From Takakia lepidozioides (taxonomy: Eukaryota; Plantae; Bryophyta): DNA of 64,000 nt. The stretch spans positions 54,560,001 to 54,624,000 of the forward strand of contig CM060732.1 of assembly GCA_030704615.1 (NCBI GenBank), written 5' to 3'. This document shows, in pieces, positions 11,471-23,200 of this stretch (the stretch's first letter is position 1; each line of letters begins with the position of its first letter). The notes under the pieces are model-generated. The model made no database searches. It saw only the letters and a program-made list of their open reading frames with translations, and had not been told where the DNA came from. Both the position numbers and the translations under genes were made by a program.

Positions 11471-12817
11471 TCACCCCCGACCACCATTGTTCCTTTGGAA
11501 CTGGCCTGGGCGCAACTCAGGATGCAAGTCATAACACTGGGCATCTCCATGCCCATATTTGCCACAATGCCCACACTGCAACTGTGCTGGCTGTGTTTGT
11601 GCTGGCCTTTTGCCACTCTCTGGGCAATTTCTCTTGACATGGGGTCCTCCACATGTCCAACATATCACCCCTGGTTGCTGTTGGCCTGCAAAAGATGCCA
11701 CGGGCCTCTGCCCCTGAGGTCCCCTGTAAGCTCCATGGAACTTGGGTTGGGAAACCTTGCCCCCCTGACCACGCTGTTGGGTAGTCCCTTGTGCCTGTGG
11801 GCTGGCAGCTGCGCCTTGTGCAGGCATGTCCTTGCCAAACCCAATGGTAACAACTCGCTCCTCCACCATATTGAGCTCAATCCGCTCAGCCAGCAGAAAC
11901 ACATCTGCTAATGTGGGTTGGGCTGCTTGTAACAGGGTTGCATCCCGCACCCTTCTCTTGAGCTCCTTGTCCAAAATTCCATACCAGAACTGGATTGCCT
12001 GAGCTTCAGTAACCCCTTGGGTCACACTTATCAAGCGCCTCATACGAGTGTAGGCCTCTCGCAAGCTCTCACTGGGTTTGCGCTGGAAGTCTTGCAAACT
12101 TCGCAGCTTCTCTGTCCGTACACCTTGGTAGTTCCTCCGCAACTCCTGAAAGAACTCCACCACCAGGTTGAATCTAGGCACATGTGTTGTAGTCGTGGCA
12201 GTAGAAGTAGTAGAACCATTTGAACTGGTACCACCTGCAGAAGTACCGGCACTACTTGTTCCACTACTAGTGCTGGCAGTGGGAGATATTGGTACTGATG
12301 CAGCTACTAGTCGCGTCATGCCTGGAGTAATGGAGACGTAGTCAGATGACCAATACATCCTCCACTCCTCAATCTCTGCTTCATGTCCTCGCCTGAACTC
12401 GTGGTAATCGTCCATAGGCAGGCCTTCCAAATGCTGGAACAGTCCCTTCCACGCCATGAATAGGGTGAATAGCTGTGGATTGCGCATCTGCTGCAAATCA
12501 CACCTGCTGTCGAACTCCTGGATAAAGTCATCCAACTCGATTGTGCCCATAGCTCCAGAGTACCTACGAGGCCCCTTGGTAGCTCCATACATCTCCTCCA
12601 TGTCGTCCCACAACAATGGCGAATGAAACTGCACACCTGATGATGAAGCCTCCGAGTCTCTGTCTGACTCTACACTAGTTGAGGGTGGAGGTGAAGGTGG
12701 TCTGAAACGAACACCTCGTCTCGTGAACCCACTCTCACTGCTACTGCCTGTAGCCGTACTCCCCTCAAAACCCTTGGGTAACTCCGTGATGACACTCACA
12801 ATGTGCATCTCCCCCAC
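11471..12817 (-). CDS. Gag of the MTase-Gypsy element, with two CCHC zinc knuckles
   Basis: RRYSG..LDDFIQEFD, FQRKPSESLREAYTRM, CWTCGGPHVKRNC and CGHCGKYGHGDAQC. Confidence 0.82.
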   Translation of the reverse strand: MGEMHIVSVITELPKGFEGSTATGSSSESGFTRRGVRFRPPSPPPSTSVESDRDSEASSSGVQFHSPLLWDDMEEMYGATKGPRRYSGAMGTIELDDFIQEFDSRCDLQQMRNPQLFTLFMAWKGLFQHLEGLPMDDYHEFRRGHEAEIEEWRMYWSSDYVSITPGMTRLVAASVPISPTASTSSGTSSAGTSAGGTSSNGSTTSTATTTTHVPRFNLVVEFFQELRRNYQGVRTEKLRSLQDFQRKPSESLREAYTRMRRLISVTQGVTEAQAIQFWYGILDKELKRRVRDATLLQAAQPTLADVFLLAERIELNMVEERVVTIGFGKDMPAQGAAASPQAQGTTQQRGQGGKVSQPKFHGAYRGPQGQRPVASFAGQQQPGVICWTCGGPHVKRNCPESGKRPAQTQPAQLQCGHCGKYGHGDAQCYDLHPELRPGQFQRNNGGRG

Positions 12818-13335
12818 GTGACACTATAAGGCTCTAGTACTAATTCTAATAGTGACACGGGTGGGCACTTGTTGCAGTTTAAGGGTCATATCCCAATGGC
12901 TCAGGGCACTGCACCTGCATCCACCGCAAGAACTCCTATGGTTGGCTGGTCATCAACCCAGCCTCACCATAGAAGAAACACTGGTGGTCTTGCTGGTCGT
13001 CACTCCAGCCTCACCACCGACAGCATACTCTAGGATTGACCGGTGATCAAATCCGGCCTAATCCCTATGAAAGCAAGCGCCCACACAAAACCAACATGGC
13101 GCACAGTCAAGCATGCAGGTGTTGGGAGGGATCCAAACAAGAAATCAAAACATCAACACCCCCCACACCAAAATCCAGCTGCAATGCTGATCCTGCAGAA
13201 TAGCCCTGCCCAAAACCCCGAACTGACTGGCCTCCACCAAGAGAGGCTTTGGCAACTACAAGTACAAGGTAATGAAAATAGTACAAAGATGGAGGGGAAG
13301 AATAGAAGCCCGACCAAGCAAGATCTAATCCTGAT

Positions 13336-14085
13336 CTATTCTATCAACTGCCAGACTTCTCTCAAAGTGCCTCGCTCTGCATGATGGTAAGGTGTAGGAG
13401 GTATATTTATGTCCAGAAACCTGCCACTAACCTTGTCCCAAGCTACAGTAGCTCGCTCTAACCAACCCTCCTCCTCTTTCTGCCAGGTAGAGACAAAGCA
13501 ACACTCTGTTATCTCCCGCTCACTGAACACTAAAGAAAACAAAGGTAGGGTCTGATAGTCTCTCAACTTGAAAGCTTTGAGACGGTTGCGGGTGTCCACA
13601 TTGCGAATGACTGCATCTCCTTCAAACAGAACAAACTTGTCATTGCTAATGAACCCCCGCTCGTGGTTGCCTTGTGCAGAGCGTGTCCGGCTGCAACGCT
13701 GTCTAATTGCACAAACATGTGTAGCTCCTGCTCCTCTACTCCAATACACCACGGCCTTATGGCTGAACACCTTGGTCCCTGGGGCTGTCTTTGGCTGTGT
13801 TCCAAGCCTAGCTTTCACCCACTTTGGTATTTCACCTACAGCTACAGAACTGCTGGCTCCAACAGAGTTCTGACTGTCCAAAGCGCTATTGAGGCCCTCA
13901 ATGCCAACTACAGCAGTTTGTTGTCTACTGCTAATGCCTGACTCCCAGTATGCAATCAACTCGTCCAACTGTTCTCCACTCAAATCAGTCTGAGTTCCTT
14001 GGGAAACATAAATCATGTCCCCTTGTGTGCACACGCTAAGAGAAGAGACCTGCCCTTCAACGACGTCCTCATTTCCCCCAGCCAT
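13336..14085 (-). CDS. Extra ORF upstream of gag (249 aa, unknown function)
   Basis: ATG-initiated open frame. A homologous, frameshifted copy sits at the same position in copy 2 (37017-37767). Confidence 0.55.
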   Translation of the reverse strand: MAGGNEDVVEGQVSSLSVCTQGDMIYVSQGTQTDLSGEQLDELIAYWESGISSRQQTAVVGIEGLNSALDSQNSVGASSSVAVGEIPKWVKARLGTQPKTAPGTKVFSHKAVVYWSRGAGATHVCAIRQRCSRTRSAQGNHERGFISNDKFVLFEGDAVIRNVDTRNRLKAFKLRDYQTLPLFSLVFSEREITECCFVSTWQKEEEGWLERATVAWDKVSGRFLDINIPPTPYHHAERGTLREVWQLIE

Positions 14086-14729
14086 ACAAGGAGTACATCC
14101 CCAGATTTATCTCTCATGTAGACCAGGACAGGTTAGAAACAGAATTGTGATCTTTCATGGCACACTCACACTCTAAAATTCCATAGATTTTTAGCAGAGT
14201 CCCAAAACAAAAACCAATCTAGATAGGTAGATTTCCCCTTTCTGCAGCTATCCCCTCAAAAACTGAGTCAACGGAGCTCATTTGACAAAGATATGACCAA
14301 CCACGCTCTTTAAACATAACACCTTTTTCTTTTCCTTTCCCTTTTAAAAAAAAAATAAGACAGAACAAATGCAAAGGAAACTCCTTTTTCTTTTTTTTTT
14401 CAATACTTTCTTGGTTCTTCCCTGTTATCTACGGGTTCCCGAGGCCTTCCCCTCCAGGTCTATGCAAAATCAAGCTGGTGCCGACAACGCTCAAGTACTG
14501 AGGCACTCAGGATTGAAGACTATCTACTGCCCAACTCTTGCCTGCAGCTCTCACACCAGCAGGGCTTGTACCCGCAGAAAGCGATTCTCCAGCACCATCA
14601 TTCGTACTCCGATCGAAACCAGCTCTCATGCAATCACCAGGTGCTCCAACAGCATGCGCCATGGAACCAGCTTCAAAACGTCCAACCCCAAAAAGGGTCT
14701 CGTTTATCTACAATGAAGGTGCACACCCT

Positions 14730-15650
14730 TGTCGCGCGGCTTTTACTCACCCATCCCTTCGCTATCCGAGGCGGAAACTCCAAGATAGAAGAGTTGGAAA
14801 TCTCTAAGTACTCAGCCCGCGCAGAACAATCAGTCATGACCTACAGCTAGTGTATCATGGGGGTGTTTCCTATTTGTTTCCCTTTCCGCATTCATCTTAG
14901 CTACCTTACCATTGATAATTAAGTATCAGTTTGCTTCCAATCTATCGGTTTCCTTCACTCATCCATTCAATCCACAGCTTCTCTCAGATCTCTCTACACA
15001 GTGTGATTGTATCGTATAAGTATCAGATTATGATTTATCAGGTATCAGGCCGAAGCCATTATGTCTCTAATCTGCTCTCCAATATCACTACAGCTTTGCA
15101 TATAACAAGCATCTACTAATCCTCTTTTCTCCTTCATCGTGCTCTCCATCTCTTGCCTCCGATCTCCGCTCCCCCTGACTCCGAAGTCCTCCTCCGAATA
15201 ATGATCATCCCCTTCATTCCCCGTTTCTCCCTTTATCCTCCTATCCGCGGTTCTAACCGTTTCCCTCTCTAACCGTCGTCTGTGAACTAACATGTTCCCT
15301 TCACAGGTGTTGTTCCCCACAGTCGTTCCCTGTCCTACTCTTCGTTCCCTATTATCGTGACAGCTGTGTCAAGCGGTGACTGGCTGTGTTTGGCTGTGTC
15401 GGGCTGTGACTGGCTGTGTGGGCTGTGTTGCTGTGACGACTGTGACGGCTGTGTGCTGTGTGGGCTACTGTGTTGGCTGTGGGCTGTGACGACTGTGACG
15501 GGCTGTGTCGGCTGTGTGACGACTGTGTAACCCCCCTCTACAGTGCGCTGCTGTCACCCCTAAGGCTCCTGTTGGTCTCAGTCTGTGCAAAAATTAAGGG
15601 TACCCTACAGATCCCGTATAAGTGTCTAAGTCCCCTACAGTCCTCTAACA
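14730..15650 (-). repeat. 3' LTR of the nested Gypsy element
   Basis: Near-identical to 26856-27768. The differences lie mainly in the GGCTGTG repeat tract. Confidence 0.95.
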
Positions 15651-15652
15651 TT

Positions 15653-15666
15653 ACCCCTTCCCCCTC
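15653..15666 (-). promoter_or_regulatory. PPT of the nested Gypsy element
   Basis: The minus strand reads GAGGGGGAAGGGGT next to the 3' LTR. Confidence 0.85.
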
Positions 15667-15699
15667 AAAAAGCCGTGTCCTCACGGTTTACTGTTTTCG

Positions 15700-18600
15700 A
15701 GTAGCAAACCTTTGTGAGTGAGCACCTTTGTTGACGTTGAGAGTTTCGTGGGGGGCTGTGTTGTACGAGGCCCGAGGTCTGTCTCTGGTGATGGAGAGGT
15801 TGATAGTACTGGATAAGTGAGGCCTTCTGGAGGCTGATATCGAGGTAATCTTTCCGGCATAGGAGATCCCTTTGTTTCTTCTCTTCCATCTGAATTGCAT
15901 AGTCTTCTCCCATGTCAAAAGGATTTGTGAAGAAGAAACAGTTTATCAGAATCCTCATCGCCTCTCAGGTGTTTTAATTTTCGAACTTTTTGTGGAAGGA
16001 ATCATCTGGGGCATACAATGCTGTCCTACCATGTCTGGAAGTTTGTATTTTACAACTTGGTGTAACCGCTGAACAGCAAAATTGGTTGTAGGCACTGAGC
16101 TCCTTGTCTGTCCAGAGAGTGAGTGGGTACCAATTAATGGTGCAAGCGTGCAAGTAATTCCATGCCACATGTCCCTTATAGAAAAAATGTCATCAAGTCC
16201 GAATTTTGTGTTGACAAATGGTTGCAGGCGCCTGAAACCATGAACGAATTGAGAATCCTTCTGCATCATAACTTTGGGTCATATAGGTACATATGAGGTG
16301 GCACGAAGTAATACCCAATGATCTCCACTGGAGTAACTTTGAAAGCGTGTTTGCATCTTTTTGTGCTCAATGTGGTAACGTACCAGAACAAGCAGCGTAG
16401 TAGTATAGCCCGCACCCCATGACAATACTTGCTAGCTCCTTGGTCTTGGTATAAATGAGTCCATGTACAACCTGGAAAGCAACCAATTCCCTCAACATGG
16501 TACCTGCCTCGTGCCAGTATTGTGCAAAGTGATGATCTTCAATATGTCGATTGTTGGAAGAACTTTAGTCCTAGTTGCCACTGGCAGCCAATACGCATGA
16601 TTTGGTAGTAATGTGCGAATGACTGCGGAGGACTAAATTCTTTCCAAGCCAATCCAACATGATGGGAATTGGTTGAAGGGCATAAGCATAGCCCTGCTGT
16701 ACTCCCTTGCAGCTGGAGTTTTAGGTGGGTTAAAAGCGGCATTGCCCCATACCTCCGGCTGTGGTGGCTGTGGTGTGGTTGTAGTAACCACAGGTTCAGC
16801 TACTGGTACACTGACCTGTTGTGGTGGTGGTGGTACTGGCTCTGTATCATTGGCATCTCCTGCACCTCCTGTGAAGACTGAAAAGCCAGAGTTCTGGCTT
16901 GCAAATAAGAAGCCATTAGCTGTTCCTGAGGGATATAGACTCTTTGGTCGATGTTTGAAGTGAGGTTTCCACTTGAGTCTGGAGTCCGTCTACATCCTCT
17001 TGTAACTCTGCTATCCTACTATAGACATTGTCTATAGTAGTTGTGGCAATGTTCTGCACCTGCAGTCTGAGCTCATTCATCTCGCTTTGGGTGAGCTTCC
17101 GTGGGCTTTTGCCCTCTACTGGCCCTTGTGCTAACCAGACCTGCATAAGGCTGTTATCCACCAAGCTGCTTGTGGTTCCCCTGAGAGTTTGCTCCTCTCT
17201 TAGCTTGTACAATTCCAACTGCTGTTGTAAAGCCTCCATGCGCTTCGCCTGTGGCTCAACCAATTGCGCATAGGCCAGCAAGTAGATTATTGGCTTCCTT
17301 CGAAGCCTTGTTACTGACCGCGATTCATTTCTATTGGCCACGATGGTTTGTTGCAACTCCACGATGTGTTTCTCTTGATCAGCTTCCCTCTGCCTGTATT
17401 GCTTGAAAGTATCTTCATGGCGACAGATTGTATTCTTCATATCGACAATGAGCTTCATTTGCTCAACATTCTCTTCTTCTGCCTTCGTACATTTTCCGCT
17501 TGACTGTTTATTTCTTTTGTTGATTGGTCAAGCATAGTTGTAAATGTAGCACATTGTATCGCCATCCTGTTATGCACTGTCTGCAACTCCGTATGTAGTG
17601 CATTCAGTTCTTGCAACTTGCTTTCATGCTGCACCTGCATTTGGTATAGCTGTTGCTTATGTGCTTCGTGCAACTGGTCTTGCGCGAGGTTTGCCTCAAT
17701 CAATTGTTGCTTGGCCAACTGCAAAGCCATTTCTGTATTGCCCAAGTCCTGCTTCATCTTGAGAGTGACCTCTTCATCGACCTTGTTTGCACACTCAGTG
17801 GCAAGTCGAGCCTCAAACTCCTTCCTGAGTTCCTCTTTCAAGGCTGTCAATTGGGTAATTGGAACATGGGATTTGACATAAGTCCCAACAAATTAAGTGT
17901 CCTGCCTATGGAACTCATCAGCATTGCCTGTGAGGGTCATCATGGTGAGGTTGCTGCTGTGTTCCTCCCGATCTTCAACAGTATGATGTCTCACTAACCA
18001 TTCAGGCCATTGTCCCACCGGATTTTCTTCCTGAACTACTTCATCTATGACTGGTGTTACAGTGTCATGACCTTCCGCCTGTGGTACCTCCAACACAGGT
18101 GTGTGCATTATATGCACCTCAGGATTTCCCTTGGGCAACTGTTGCACCTCTGGGAATTTCTGTCTCCTTGACCAGACCAGAATATTCATAGAGAAGGTCC
18201 CCTTTCTCTATTTCTGCCACTATCTGTTCTGTAGTTGGAATATCTATCCCTTCACTTTCCAAATCAATTATTTCGGGTTGAGCTGCATGGATAACTTGTG
18301 ACCTTGTGACAAGTCGTTCAAGTGGCTGTGTTGGCTGTGATGCAGAAGTAACTTCCTCCTCCCTCTCTGAAGGTCCTGCTTCCAGTAATAACATTCTTTG
18401 TGCTGCTGTGCCCCTTCCTGGTCATGAGCTTGGGAAACATTATCATGCGGAATCCGTGAAGCCAGTGGATCCGCCACTACAGTCTTTCCCCTTCTCTGCC
18501 TCTTAGTCTCGGGTTGTGCTGCTAGTCCACCCTCACTGTGTGAAGAGCCTTGCTCTTCCATTGCAGTTGTTTCTGGCTCAAACACTCCCATTTCCTTCCT

Positions 18601-19240
18601 TTCTTGTGCATTAAGTATGCCAGAATTAAGGATTATTTGAGCAATGATTGGGCCAGACACTATGATAGGAGACTTTGCGGTAGTACCTTGTAATCTTTTC
18701 ATCTCCTCTACTAGTGCGTTGTACATTATGTCCGCCCATTGTACCTCTTGTCCCTTCAGGCCTTTGAGTATTTCCTCGTGAAGGATCTGCTCAAATATTG
18801 TTGGTTCTGTTTCAGGGCAAACAGAACGTTTCAATACCTGGCCTATCTCTTTTAACCCTGGGTACACAGCTTTGGTACAAGCATAACCCTGAGTTTTAAA
18901 AGAAACTCCCTTCTTGGAATAAGTCCCCTATTTGCAGTCTTGCCCTGTGTTCCCCCACATGCACCTGACCTGCTGGCAATCGAAACAATTGCTGGAGGTA
19001 TAGGGGAGTAATCATTAATTCAACTCCCTTCACCGTTGTTGTTTCCTGTCCTTGGCTCAAAGTTCTGCAAAAATTGTAACATGTACTGTCTATGGTGTAG
19101 TGTCCAATCTAGGCTTTGCAATCCTTCCAATCTCAGCTCCTCCAGTATCTTTATCGCCTGTGGGGTAGCCATCGTTTGTTTCTGCAGAATTGTGGTGCTC
19201 TTCACCCTGATTTCCTCCATTCCTCTCACTCTCTTCATCT
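15700..19240 (-). pseudogene. Large decayed extra ORF downstream of pol (Athila-ORF-like N-terminus, acidic region, coiled coil, Pro-rich region, unknown C-terminal domain)
   Basis: A chain of frameshifted minus-strand ORFs: 19020-19655, 18268-18867, 17893-18394, 17455-17850, 16916-17458 and 15955-16269. The segment at 17000-17850 is a Q/E-rich heptad region. Confidence 0.55.
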
Positions 19241-20229
19241 TAGACTCACAGAACTGCTTTGGCTGTAACAACTGCAGGAATGCCTGTAGTGCACAAAGCA
19301 TAAACGTATGGTTGCCGCAGAAAGCTATGGGTAATCTCTTGTAAGCCTGCGGGGCTTGCAAGCATTGCTCAAGAGAAAAGCTCTGCTCTGTCGTTTCGTG
19401 TCTATGCCACTGCGTAAGTAATATTGCGAGCGTATAGTCTGTTAGTTCCTCCATAGTTTCCAAGTTATAGCATTTATGGCCTGTCCTGTCGAGACGCCCG
19501 TTACTCAGAACGACGCCGCCTCTTGCGCTCAATTTTCCTCCATTTTCTTGATCATTTCTCTGGTTTTCTATTGGCTGTATCCGCTGTGACTGGATTTTAA
19601 CTTTTATCTTCTTTAGTGGACTTTCCCTGTTGGATAGTCCACTAGGATCACACATGCGACATGAATTCAGCTTTTCTGTACTTGCCGTTCGTTCGTTTCC
19701 CTTTTTCCGTATTCATTAATGGGCCCGCCTTTCATCCCATTTGACGGCCGTTCTTGTCCTCTTTTTTTTTGACACCTGTCCTTGCACTTCATTCTCTGCT
19801 GTGTGTCGCACCCTGACCTCCACGTGTCTATTTTTAAAGTAATTTCCGTTTCCTCTTCCGTCATCCATTTTCCTGAAGTTATTATGTGTCCACTTGTCAC
19901 TGATTCTATGGATGGTGTAACTTTAGTAGGCTGTGTTGAGCTGTGACAGGCTGTGTCATACTGTGTTACCCTGTGATAGGCTGTGATGCACTGTGGTAAG
20001 CTGTGATAGGCTGTGACACGCTGTGGTATGTTGTTATAGGCTGTGTTGCGCCTTGCTGGGGCTGTGTGTTGGCTGTGTGTGTTGTCACGTCGTGACGGCT
20101 GTGGTTGGCTGTGTCACGTCTGTTTTGCCCACCCTGGTCGTATATGCTGGGCCTAGCAACAAGTGTTCCATACTCCGTTCGTAACACTGGTGCAGCCCGT
20201 GACTGTTCTTGCGGTTCTATATGCAAATC

Positions 20230-23200
20230 ATGCTGCAGGGGTTTGTCATGGATACCACTGTACCCTTCAACTTATTTGCATTGACTCTTCCCAGCATTTC
20301 TTTGTTAATGGTTTGTAACATGGCGTGTTGTTATCATACATCTTTTGTATGACATAAGGTCCTTTCCACGGTGATTTAAGCTTAGAAGCTTGAATCTTTC
20401 CTTTCTTCTGCAACCATAGAACCAAATCCCCCGTCTTAAAAGTCTTTAATTGCCTTCATCAAACTGTTCCTTTCGCTTCATCTGAATTCTGGTCATATTA
20501 TCAGCTGCATCAGCACGTACTTCTTCCACATGGTATAATTCATGTTTCCTGACCTTGATGGAGTCTTGCAATTCCATTCTTTTTCCCCACTCCGTTCTCA
20601 TGGTAGGTAACAGGAATTCCACTGGAAGTAAGGCTTCCATACCATAAACTAATTGGAATGGTGTATACTTAGTGGTGACTTTATATGAAGTCCTGTATGA
20701 CCACAAAGCTGTCAGCAGCTTTGTATCCCAATCCGTTCTGTTTGCATTGACTATCTTAGCCAAGATAGTACATAGTATTTTGTTGGTAGCCTCTGCCTGC
20801 CCATTACCCTGTGGGTAATATGTTGTACTCTTTCTATGCACAATCATAAACTCTTTAGTCAACAACTCAATGGTCTCATTCATGAAGTGACTTCCTTGAT
20901 CACTGATAAATTCTAAGGGACATCCAAATCGTGTAAGTATGTTCTCGTACAGGAACCTTGCTGTGGACTTGGCTGTGTTGTCCCTCAAAGCTTTAGCTTC
21001 CACCCACTTTGTAGTATAATCAGTGGCTGTAATTATGTACCTGTTTCGTGTATTCTTGGATGGTGGATTAATTGGTCCAACAAAGTCTAGTCCCCATTTC
21101 TGAAATGGTTCCGTAGGCATTGTAGGATGCAAGGCCATTCTTCCAGATCTCTGCAAAGGTCCTAGCCTCTGACATTCATCACACTTCTGACAATACTCAT
21201 GTACATCTTTGAACAAAGTAGGCCACCAGTATCCTGCGAGTAGTATCTTTCTACTGGTAGTCTCTTCTCCAAAATGACCTCCAGCCACTCCTTTATGAAC
21301 TTCCTCCAAGACTTTATTTACTTCATGGTGGTACAAGCATCGTTTTAGTACTCCATCAGGTCCTAACTTATACATTCTGCTTCCTACCATAGTATAAGGT
21401 AAAGCTTTGATAGCAATTCTCTTCCTCTGCTCCTTACCATAACTAGGTGGGCACTGACCATGAGCAAGGTAGTATCTGATTGGCCACTGCCAATCTAACC
21501 ATTCATCTGCACTTCCTTGCACCTCCATTACAAATAAACTCGCATCAGGTAACTGATCGTCCACTCCTGTGGCGGCCTCTCCTGTTGTTAGTCGTGACAA
21601 ATGATCTGCCACAAGATGCAAACGGCCAGGCTTGTAAATAACCTCGAACTCAAACTCATGCAAGATTATTAACCACCTCGCTATCCTTCCACTTATCAAA
21701 GGTTTGTTCACCAGATATATCAGAGCCTGGTGATCCACATAAAACATAAACTTTCTTCCCAATAGGTAATGCCTGAATTTCTTGACTGCATAAATCATTG
21801 CCAATGCTTCTCTTTCCGTTGTACTATAGTTCCTCTCAGCACTGTTCATCAACGGCTAGCATAGTACACAGGTGAATCTATATTCCCTGTAACATTCTGG
21901 GCTAACACCGCACCCAACGCTTCTCCTGATGCATCGCAGTGAACATGAAATACTACATGCCAGTGAGGGTTAATCAGCACAGGTGTAGTTGTTACTGACA
22001 GTGTAAGTTCCTCAAACGCCTGTTGACATTCAGCTGTCCAGGCAAACACTGCATCTTTCTTCAGAAGCTTGCTCAATGGTGCTGCTATTTGTGCATACCT
22101 TTTGACAAATCTTCTGTAATAACTGGTTTGCCCAAGGAATCTCCTTAAACTCTTAACATTCACTGGTGGTGGAGAGACTTTAATGGACTCTGTCTTCCTG
22201 GGATCCACAAGAAGTCCCTTCTTACACACAATGTGTCCCAGAAGCACCCCTGAGTTCACACAGAAAGTACACTTCTCTGGATTCAAGCCCAGACCTCTCA
22301 TCCTGCATCTGGCCAGGCATAACTCCAATTTATGCAAGTGCTCATTCTTAGAGCTGTACACACTGAAATCATCCAAAAACACCTGCATGAAATCATCCAG
22401 ATACTCATGAAAAGATTCACTTATCACTCTCTGAAAGGTCGCTGGTGCATTACAAAGTCCAAAGGGCATGACTTTGTATGCATAAGCCCCCCAGTCTGTG
22501 ATGAAAGCTGTTTTCCCTTGGTCTTCTTCTGCCACTTGCACTTGATTATAACCACTGAAGCCATCCATGAATGAGTACATCTCATGGCCTGCCACAGTGT
22601 CTAATACTGCTTCTGTGAATGGCAAAGGGAAAGGATCTTTCTTCGTACAAGCATTCAGCTTCTTATAGTTCACACATACTCTTAGTTTGCCATTCTTCTT
22701 TGGAACTATAACAATGGGTGACAACCAAGTTGTATACTCTATTGGGTATATAAACTTAGCCTCAGCCAACTTCTTTATCTCTTCTCCAACCTTCTGTGCG
22801 TAGTTGGGATTCATTCTATACCTCGCCTGCTTGATTGGTACTGACCCTGGTTCCAGTTCAATCTTATGCTGACAGACTTCAGGTGGTATCCCTTTTAGAT
22901 CCTCATAGCTCCAAGCAAATACATCTCTGTATTTGATGAACAAGCTTTTAGCTTCTTCGAAGAATTCCGGCTCCAAATCAGCTCCTACTTTCACCATTCT
23001 CGGTTCCTCCTGAGTTCCCACATTTACTTCTCTCACCTGCTCATCAGCTGTGATTGTCCAACCAGTCACCACTTCATCCTTTAAGCTCACAGTGGCTGGT
23101 TCTTCTAGGATTTCTATCTCTCCTTTTCTTCATAGAAATGTGGTGGGTAACTGCTGGTTTCCTCTTCAATTGGTGTTGCGACACTACACCACAGCAGATA

